A stretch of 18,209 nt of DNA from positions 1-18,209 of IMG/VR virus record IMGVR_UViG_3300045988_089479. One strand, written 5' to 3'. Shown here in pieces: positions 12,425-18,209 of the stretch. Both the position numbers and the translations under genes were made by a program. The stretch's first letter is position 1. Each line of letters starts with the position of its first letter. Source of the DNA: a virus. The notes under the pieces are model-generated. The model was not told the origin of the DNA and made no database searches. It was given only the letters and a program-made list of their open reading frames with translations.

Positions 12425-14359
12425 ATGGCTACCGTATACGCAAAAACAGACAATTACGGTCTAAACTTGTATGGCGACAATGACCCCGCCGATCTACGCG
12501 ACGGTTACAACGTTTCCATGCGTACCATTGATGATACACTCGAAAAGCACCTCAACCGCATCGAGGGCGTAGAGTCGCGTGAGACTCACGACGAGGAAGT
12601 GGTGAAGGCGCTGATTGGCGACAATACGGTTGACAGCGCCACCGCATCGAAAAACAAGTGGGATAAATCAATTTCGGACGCCGCGGCCGCAACCTCCGCC
12701 GCCGTAGCCGCCGCAAGCAAAGCAGACGGCAACACGGCGATTCTCGCCGCGTTGGGAGCAGGCTCAACCACTGCCGCCGCCGCAAATAAGTCGAAGTGGG
12801 ATAAAGCGGGGGCGGACGCGACAACCGCCATACGCAAGGCCGACAACAACACGGCAATCCTCACCGCACTGGGGGCAGGCTCGACCACTGCCGCCGCCGC
12901 GCAAAAAACCAAGCTGGACAACACCGCCACCAAGGTCAACGAACTTGAGAACGCCCGTGTGGACAGCAAGCTATCCTCTCATTTCATCATCCACGCGCAT
13001 CGTGGTTCCTACCGGTTCCCGGAAAACACCATGGAAGGCATCATGTGGGCGGTACGTCGCGGGTATGTTCCGGAAGTCGATGTGCAGCTCACGTCGGACG
13101 GCGTGCCGGTAATCCTGCATGACACGTCAACCGCTCGCACCATGACAGGCTCCGCCGCCAATGTATCCTCTATCACATATGCGGACTTCATGGGCCGTGA
13201 GGTCAAGGCGAAAGTGCATGGTGGTAATACCGGCAGGCCGGTGAGCATGGAGCAGGTACTTCAAGCAGTGGGCGATAGTCCGGTTGATTTCGAAATCAAG
13301 TCGCTGACCAACGCCACCACGGACGCAATGCTGGAATTGCTGCGAAAGTATAACGCCACCGCAATCCATGAATTGACGTCGTTCAGTTGGGAACAGTGTG
13401 TCCGCGCCGTTGAGGGTGGAGCGAAATACGTGTCCTACACGTGGGATACGGACGCAATGCCGCACTCTTGGGCTGATATGAGGCATGCCGGTATTTTCTG
13501 TGGCAACCCGCGCGAAGACAAACTCACTTCCTCGATGGTCAGTGCCGCGCATTTGGCTGGGATCAAGATTAATCCGTGGCTTATCAATGACCCAGTGGCC
13601 TATGAGCGTGTTACCACGCTTGGAGTTGATGGCATCACCTCCAATTGGCCGGATTACTCTAGCGGACAGTTGGAGCGCAACTTCACCCCGTTCAGCACCG
13701 GTCAGAACGTTTTCATGCGCCCCAACTATTCTCCACAAGGCGGTGTGGTATCAAAGGAAATACCGGAAGAGGTTAGGGCGAAAAGCTCATATCTTGCACC
13801 GGGCGGGCTGTTCCAACTCGGAGATGCGGACTCTCAAATGTTGGTGGAATTGGTTGAATGTGGCACGGTGACGCTGCCGGTCAGTATCGACCTTGAGGGC
13901 TTCGAGTCACGAGTTCAGATTGGCGAAAACGGCGAAACGAAGAACATTGCAGTAATCGCAGTGAAGGAGTCAACCCCTATCGGCCAATTCAACGACGTGG
14001 CAACGGCTGGACAGGTTGGTATCATTGCGGGCGTTCGACGTAACGGCGCTACATTCGGCGGTTTCTATCAGGACAATGTGACAACAGTTGCTTTCGATAA
14101 CACTGAACCGGTAACACCGTCCGTGCCAAACGACAAAGCCGTAGGTGTGCATGCGTCCTTCGTTCTCGATCGTGACCATGCTCGAATCATTTGGGCATAT
14201 TCGAATGGACAATCCGGTGATGTGACCACAGGCAACAACAAAAGGGTTACGTTGCCGGACACTAATAAATACCGTCTGTTCGTACGTCTCAATCGCAATT
14301 TTAAAAGCGCGTGGAAAATCAGGGTACGTCCCACCGACGGTTACCTCTACGAAAGCTGA
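12425..14359 (+). CDS. Tail appendage / receptor-binding protein with a glycerophosphodiester phosphodiesterase (GDPD) domain (644 aa)
   Basis: The GDPD signature residues are present in order: HAHRG (H192, R193), PENT (E200), PEVDV (E217, D219), ILHD (H232) and a C-terminal GVDGITSNWPD. The protein also has the N-terminal shared module (aa 10-39), an Ala-rich repeated stalk (aa 75-160) and a C-terminal region of about 230 aa of unknown fold. Confidence 0.85.
   Translation: MATVYAKTDNYGLNLYGDNDPADLRDGYNVSMRTIDDTLEKHLNRIEGVESRETHDEEVVKALIGDNTVDSATASKNKWDKSISDAAAATSAAVAAASKADGNTAILAALGAGSTTAAAANKSKWDKAGADATTAIRKADNNTAILTALGAGSTTAAAAQKTKLDNTATKVNELENARVDSKLSSHFIIHAHRGSYRFPENTMEGIMWAVRRGYVPEVDVQLTSDGVPVILHDTSTARTMTGSAANVSSITYADFMGREVKAKVHGGNTGRPVSMEQVLQAVGDSPVDFEIKSLTNATTDAMLELLRKYNATAIHELTSFSWEQCVRAVEGGAKYVSYTWDTDAMPHSWADMRHAGIFCGNPREDKLTSSMVSAAHLAGIKINPWLINDPVAYERVTTLGVDGITSNWPDYSSGQLERNFTPFSTGQNVFMRPNYSPQGGVVSKEIPEEVRAKSSYLAPGGLFQLGDADSQMLVELVECGTVTLPVSIDLEGFESRVQIGENGETKNIAVIAVKESTPIGQFNDVATAGQVGIIAGVRRNGATFGGFYQDNVTTVAFDNTEPVTPSVPNDKAVGVHASFVLDRDHARIIWAYSNGQSGDVTTGNNKRVTLPDTNKYRLFVRLNRNFKSAWKIRVRPTDGYLYES
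12647..12901 (+). repeat. In-frame tandem duplication (period about 117 nt / 39 aa) in the stalk of the GDPD appendage gene
   Basis: KADGNTAILAALGAGSTTAAAANKSKWDK (from nt 12719) recurs as KADNNTAILTALGAGSTTAAAAQKTKLDN (from nt 12836). A KNKWDK element precedes the first copy. Confidence 0.8.
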
Positions 14360-14378
14360 CAGACTGTCCTAAGCAATG

Positions 14379-14406
14379 GCCATATCCTCTATAATGAGGA
14401 TATGGC
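14379..14406 (+). promoter_or_regulatory. 11-bp perfect inverted repeat flanking a TATAAT hexamer and covering the next start codon
   Basis: gccatatcctc (14379-14389), TATAAT (14390-14395), gaggatatggc (14396-14406). ATG 14402 begins 6 nt after the hexamer, which is leaderless geometry. The GAGGA is only 1 nt from the ATG, too close to act as an SD. Confidence 0.5.
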
Positions 14407-15625
14407 TATTACTTTTGACGAGTGGGTAAAACAAACGCAAGGCCGCTACTGGGATATGGACGGCGCGTATGGCGCCCAATGTTGGGACTTGTGGGCCAAG
14501 TACTGTATGGACTTGTACGGCGCGTCGGTGTCCGATTGCATCACGCCAACCGGATACGCGGAAGGGAACTACACAAGATTCCCCACAAACGCGAAAATGT
14601 CGCAAATTTTCGAAAAGAAACCTGCCGACTACAGCCCCGTGAAGGGGGATGTGGCGTTTTGGAATTTCTCAAGCCAACACACCGGCTCACACGTCTCTAT
14701 CGTGATGGAGGACGGCGTGCATAACGGCCGTATCACAGTGTTGTCGCAAAACCCTAACCCAGCCCAACGCATGACGTTCGACATGACGGCGTTTTTGGGA
14801 TATCTGCATCCAAAAGCACTGGGCGAAGGGGGTGGTACAACATCGACTGAGAAGAATCCGACTGGGGACAACAGTCATGGTTCCGCCGACTCCGCACGTG
14901 GTGGCGCGTGGATCCATTGGCAAGGCGACAACCTCTACTTGCACGAGAGTGACAACGCGGGAGCGCGGACACGTGTCTTTTACAGGACAACGGCAAACAA
15001 TTTTTCCGAAAAAGCGTCACAACCACAGCCGTCCGGCGACAATGGTCAGGCACACCCGTCCGTATCATTGTCGGCGGAAAACTCGTACACACTGTATGTG
15101 GTCGGCGCGGTAGAGGCCGGTTTGAGATGGGACGCGGTAGAGGCGGCCAACCTGCAAGGCATTGGTATCGCGCAATGGAGCTTCGAGCGCCGACTTCAAG
15201 TGTTGAACGCGATGAAGTCGGCCGACCCAGCCGGATATGCCGCATTTAAAACCGCCGCGCCTGAAATCGCGGCACTCATGGAGTCGGGCGGCACGTTCAA
15301 ACGTTCGCTCACCTCAGCGGAAGCGGCCGCATTCCAAACATGGGCGAGACGGAGTGAGTCACGTGATGGCCAACGCAAGCAGTTCGCCGCCGACTACGCG
15401 GAATACCCCAAAGAGTACAGTGATACTAAAATGCAGATTCTTTGGGTGACCGCATACCACCAATCGCCCGCGAACGCGCTCAAGGTACCGAAGGCGTCGA
15501 ACCTAGCACAATTAAAAGGCAATATTCTATCAACGTTCCCGTTCGGCCCGTATACGACGCGATACAATCAGGCGTATTCGTTATTGAGTGTTTGGGATGG
15601 CAAGTCTAATCCACCCGCGTTCTAA
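14402..15625 (+). CDS. Virion-associated peptidoglycan hydrolase: N-terminal CHAP domain plus a C-terminal lysozyme-like domain (functional analogue of phi29 gp13)
   Basis: The CHAP catalytic pattern is present: DGAYGAQCWDL (Cys27), GSHVSIV (His97), SQNPN. The C-terminal region contains GAVEAG...GIGIAQWS, which resembles the GNMQSES...GFGLVQWT pattern of the phi29 gp13 N-terminal lysozyme-like domain. The gene sits at the end of the tail gene block. Confidence 0.75.
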   Translation: MAITFDEWVKQTQGRYWDMDGAYGAQCWDLWAKYCMDLYGASVSDCITPTGYAEGNYTRFPTNAKMSQIFEKKPADYSPVKGDVAFWNFSSQHTGSHVSIVMEDGVHNGRITVLSQNPNPAQRMTFDMTAFLGYLHPKALGEGGGTTSTEKNPTGDNSHGSADSARGGAWIHWQGDNLYLHESDNAGARTRVFYRTTANNFSEKASQPQPSGDNGQAHPSVSLSAENSYTLYVVGAVEAGLRWDAVEAANLQGIGIAQWSFERRLQVLNAMKSADPAGYAAFKTAAPEIAALMESGGTFKRSLTSAEAAAFQTWARRSESRDGQRKQFAADYAEYPKEYSDTKMQILWVTAYHQSPANALKVPKASNLAQLKGNILSTFPFGPYTTRYNQAYSLLSVWDGKSNPPAF

Positions 15626-15629
15626 AAGT

Positions 15630-15638
15630 GTGGTATAC
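15630..15638 (+). promoter_or_regulatory. Extended -10-like box TGGTATACT
   Basis: The box matches TGnTATACT and lies 5 nt after the upstream stop codon. The 9-mer GGTATACTT also occurs at 11232-11240, just after the lower-collar stop codon. Confidence 0.35.
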
Positions 15639-15699
15639 TTAATAGTGGCAGTGGTTGTATGATGACCTTTCCCCTTGAACGGCTGCCAATGATAGGTTG

Positions 15700-15743
15700 G
15701 TGGAGGGCGTGCGAGTCATGGCGCACGCCCTCCACTAGTTTTT
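15700..15743 (+). terminator. Strong intrinsic terminator immediately upstream of the packaging ATPase RBS
   Basis: A 14-bp perfect GC-rich stem pairs gtggagggcgtgcg (15700-15713) with cgcacgccctccac (15722-15735). The loop is 8 nt and is followed by tagttttt. AGGAGGG (15744-15750) and ATG 15759 come next. Confidence 0.75.
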
Positions 15744-15758
15744 AGGAGGGTTGCAAGC

Positions 15759-16826
15759 ATGACATTGCAAACGCTTAACGAGAGCGATTATTACGATTTG
15801 CACAATCTGTTGACGCGAAACGCGCCGTGGAACTTCATAATCGGCGCACGCGGACTAGGCAAAACGTTCGCCGCGAAACGGTATGGTATCAAAGAGTACA
15901 TCAAACACGGCCACGAATTCATTTATCTTCGGCGCACCGACGTGGAACAACATCGCAAGGAGACCTTCTTCAAGGATATCCAAGAGTTCTTCCCCTTATA
16001 TGAATTTCGTGTCAATGGCGAAAAAGGGCAGATTCATAAGACGTCGTGGGACGAGAAGGATTGGCGGACATGTTGCTATTTCGTCGCGCTCTCGCAAGCG
16101 GGCGGACTCAAGTCAGTGGCCTATCCAAAAGTACACTTGATTATCTTTGACGAGATTTTCCCCGACAACCTACGCTTTCTAAGCAATGAAGTGAACTCGT
16201 TCAGCGAGTTCTACAATACCGTTGATCGTTGGCAGGATAGGACAAAAGTACTATTCCTTTCAAACGCAGTGCAAAAGGCTAATCCATATTTTGCAAAATA
16301 TCGGCTGGACATTGGTGCACAGCAAACCAACCGGCAACAATACAAACTCTATTGCGGCGGGTTTATCTGTTTGGAATTGGCTGACTATGGTGGCTTCTCG
16401 GCAAAAGTAGCACAATCCAAGTTCGGCAGGTTTCTTGAAAAGTACGATGGCGACTACGCGGATTATGCGATCCGCAACAAATTCCGCGACGAGTCGGACA
16501 CTTTGATATCGCCAATTCCTAGCGACGGCGAGCTGTCTTACATTTTGGACACTACCGATTACGCACGTTTTGGAATATGGGTTTCCATATCCGAGCGCGA
16601 CGGACATGTTTCACAATATGTTTCACGACGTATTCCAAAAGACAACAATCGCCCCGTCTATACGCTCGACCCGAACCACGTTGACGAAAAAACATGGTTC
16701 GTCAAAAAATCAGATGATATAATACGGCGACTCACAACCGGCTACCGGCTTGGTAAAATAAGATTCGATGACTCTCAGGTCAAAGCCGATTTTGGCTTGA
16801 TTATAGGCAAGCTGTTAGGCAAGTAG
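15759..16826 (+). CDS. DNA encapsidation (packaging) ATPase, phi29 gp16-like
   Basis: The Walker A region NFIIGARGLGKTFA matches phi29 NFVIGARGIGKSYA. FIYLRR matches FIYVRR. The Walker B region LIIFDEIF matches TIVFDEF. LSNAVQKANPYF matches LSNAVSVVNPYF. The size is similar (355 versus 332 aa). Confidence 0.92.
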   Translation: MTLQTLNESDYYDLHNLLTRNAPWNFIIGARGLGKTFAAKRYGIKEYIKHGHEFIYLRRTDVEQHRKETFFKDIQEFFPLYEFRVNGEKGQIHKTSWDEKDWRTCCYFVALSQAGGLKSVAYPKVHLIIFDEIFPDNLRFLSNEVNSFSEFYNTVDRWQDRTKVLFLSNAVQKANPYFAKYRLDIGAQQTNRQQYKLYCGGFICLELADYGGFSAKVAQSKFGRFLEKYDGDYADYAIRNKFRDESDTLISPIPSDGELSYILDTTDYARFGIWVSISERDGHVSQYVSRRIPKDNNRPVYTLDPNHVDEKTWFVKKSDDIIRRLTTGYRLGKIRFDDSQVKADFGLIIGKLLGK

Positions 16827-16845
16827 GAAGGAAGGAACAGCAACA

Positions 16846-17208
16846 ATGACAACAGCGGACGTATGGTGCGCTATCGCAGTCACATTCTTCATTGTCACCG
16901 ACTATGTGACAGGCGTGGCGAAAGCCATCATGCAGAATAATTTAAATTCAAAAAAAATGCGGGAGGGTCTAGGCCACAAGTTCGCCTACTTCATCCTCGT
17001 ACTGACAGCATGGTTCGTCGACGAAATAAATCTACATGTCGACTTAGGACTGCCGGTGTCCGTATTCATCTTCACCGTTGGCGGAATATGCATAATCGAG
17101 CTTACATCGATTTTGGAAAACGTCACAGCGATCAATCCGGAATTAGCGGACTCGCCATTCATGTCGATATTTTCCCAAAACACGCCTAACGCGAAGCACA
17201 GCAAATGA
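16846..17208 (+). CDS. Holin (phage_holin_4-type, about 3 TM segments)
   Basis: TDYVTGVAKAIMQNNLNSKKMREGLGHKFAYFILVL matches the D-Y-x-T-G...S-K-K...G-x-x-K signature of the holin family that includes TcdE-like holins. The protein has three hydrophobic segments and lies upstream of the endolysin. Confidence 0.8.
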   Translation: MTTADVWCAIAVTFFIVTDYVTGVAKAIMQNNLNSKKMREGLGHKFAYFILVLTAWFVDEINLHVDLGLPVSVFIFTVGGICIIELTSILENVTAINPELADSPFMSIFSQNTPNAKHSK

Positions 17209-17381
17209 ACACTATCAGCTCATATTGGATACTGAGCGGGCTTACGACAATTGGAATTGCGATGTGGTTCGCATCCTTCACCGTCCAATATCCGCAGTTC
17301 CACCGTGCCGCATTCATCTTCATGCTCACCACGGCAACGCCGTGGGTGACGGCAACATTATATCTGACACAAACAATGTAA
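17205..17381 (+). CDS. Small two-TM membrane protein (58 aa), absent from the ORF track; possible holin partner or antiholin
   Basis: My translation is MNTISSYWILSGLTTIGIAMWFASFTVQYPQFHRAAFIFMLTTATPWVTATLYLTQTM, ending at TAA 17379-17381. Its ATG overlaps the holin stop codon (ATGA). It ends 10 nt before the endolysin start and fills the only gap in the lysis cassette. Confidence 0.55.
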   Translation: MNTISSYWILSGLTTIGIAMWFASFTVQYPQFHRAAFIFMLTTATPWVTATLYLTQTM

Positions 17382-17391
17382 GGAGCGAAAA

Positions 17392-18057
17392 ATGAATATC
17401 CAAGAGTGGATTAACTCAGTCAACGGCAAAACCATCGACATGGACGGCGCGTACGGCGGACAATGCTGGGACTTATGGAGCAGCTACGCGCGCAACGTGT
17501 ATGACATTCCAGCCGCCGACACCAACACCGTAGACGGATATGCGGCAAGCGTGTACACTGCACGATATGACCGCTCTCGCGCATTGCAAAACGCTTTCAC
17601 CAAAGAGTCAGCCAATTACACGCCAACCTACGGTGACGTGGCATTCTGGAAACGCAAGGGCATGAACCACGTCGCCATCGTAGTGCGAGACAATGGCAAT
17701 GGCACTCTACAGACTATCAGTCAAAACCCCAACCGCGCCGGATATGTCAATATCAGCAAAAGAGGTATCATAGGCTACTTTCATCCCCGAGACAACAACG
17801 GCGGCAACGGTAATACCAACACCGTCGCGATCACCGCGCGCACCTATCGCGTCAACGTGCCGGCGCTCAACGTGCGCGAGGCACCCAGTACTCACAGTCA
17901 GATCGTGGCGCAATACCACAAAGGACAGGCTGTCAACCTCATGAGTGGCGGCACAATCGCAGACGGATTCATTTGGGCACACTATATCGGTGGCTCAGGC
18001 AAGACCCGATATGTCGCACTAAAAGCAGTGGATGGTACAACGCAATACCTTGTATGA
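17392..18057 (+). CDS. Endolysin: N-terminal CHAP domain plus a C-terminal SH3b-like cell-wall-binding domain
   Basis: The CHAP pattern is present: DGAYGGQCWDL (Cys25), NHVAIVV (His93), SQNPN. A Gly/Asn linker follows. The C-terminal segment YRVNVPALNVREAPSTHSQIVAQYHKGQAVNL...FIWAHY is typical of SH3_3/SH3b domains. The RBS is AAGGAG (17380-17385). Confidence 0.88.
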   Translation: MNIQEWINSVNGKTIDMDGAYGGQCWDLWSSYARNVYDIPAADTNTVDGYAASVYTARYDRSRALQNAFTKESANYTPTYGDVAFWKRKGMNHVAIVVRDNGNGTLQTISQNPNRAGYVNISKRGIIGYFHPRDNNGGNGNTNTVAITARTYRVNVPALNVREAPSTHSQIVAQYHKGQAVNLMSGGTIADGFIWAHYIGGSGKTRYVALKAVDGTTQYLV

Positions 18058-18067
18058 CACATGAGTA

Positions 18068-18107
18068 AAAGCCCCTAGGCCGTCAGCCTAGGGGCTTTAC
18101 TTTTTGT
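18068..18107. terminator. Bidirectional intrinsic terminator between the endolysin and the right ITR
   Basis: A 13-bp perfect stem pairs aaagcccctaggc (18068-18080) with gcctaggggcttt (18086-18098), with a 5-nt loop. On the + strand it is followed by actttttgt. On the - strand the same hairpin is followed by ttttact. Confidence 0.85.
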
Positions 18108-18110
18108 ATA

Positions 18111-18209
18111 CTATATCATACCAAAAACAACAACAATACCGATAACGCATGCGCAAATAATAAGCACCGAATCGAACATATCACTCACCCTTCCTATTTG
18201 CATGATAGT
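18111..18209. repeat. Right inverted terminal repeat (99 bp)
   Basis: This is the exact reverse complement of 1-99. Confidence 0.97.

Noticed and set aside
1-18209. Search by eye for tRNA genes, CRISPR arrays, integrase or repressor genes, and transposase or IS elements
   Set aside because: I found no cloverleaf-like candidates in the intergenic gaps and no spaced direct-repeat arrays. No ORF carries recombinase or HTH-repressor hallmarks. The element looks like a strictly lytic phage rather than a mobile island.

Overview
This window appears to be a complete 18,209-bp linear genome of a small phi29-like (Picovirinae/Salasmaviridae-type) podophage with protein-primed replication. Bases 1-99 are the exact reverse complement of 18111-18209, giving 99-bp inverted terminal repeats. 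All supportable genes lie on the + strand. Long minus-strand ORFs look like antisense shadows of these genes. The gene order is as follows. First come small early ORFs of unknown function. The replication module follows: a phi29 p5-like SSB, a very basic putative terminal protein, and a family-B protein-primed DNA polymerase. Next is a 230-bp non-coding region. The late genes are an acidic scaffold, a major capsid protein with C-terminal Ig-like domains, a gp9-like tail knob, a gp10-like portal and a gp11-like lower collar. These are followed by a cluster of appendage genes, including a 644-aa protein with a glycerophosphodiester phosphodiesterase domain, and a CHAP plus lysozyme-like virion hydrolase. 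The genome ends with a gp16-like packaging ATPase, a holin, an unlisted 58-aa membrane ORF and a CHAP-SH3b endolysin. I saw no integrase, repressor, tRNA or CRISPR array, so the phage is probably virulent on a Gram-positive host. The most interesting signal is in the polymerase/scaffold intergenic region. An extended -10 box, about 168 nt of ORF-poor sequence and an intrinsic terminator fold by hand into a phi29 pRNA-like architecture. That fold has a 5'/3' helix, an asymmetric bulge, and a hairpin loop complementary to the bulge. Other notable points are three consecutive appendage proteins sharing one N-terminal 30-aa module, a polymerase with non-canonical catalytic motifs, a promoter inside the ITR, leaderless-type promoter geometry, and a promoter-hairpin-terminator leader in front of the packaging/lysis genes. 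All homology statements come from by-eye comparison with remembered phi29 protein sequences and family motifs. No searches or folding programs were run.
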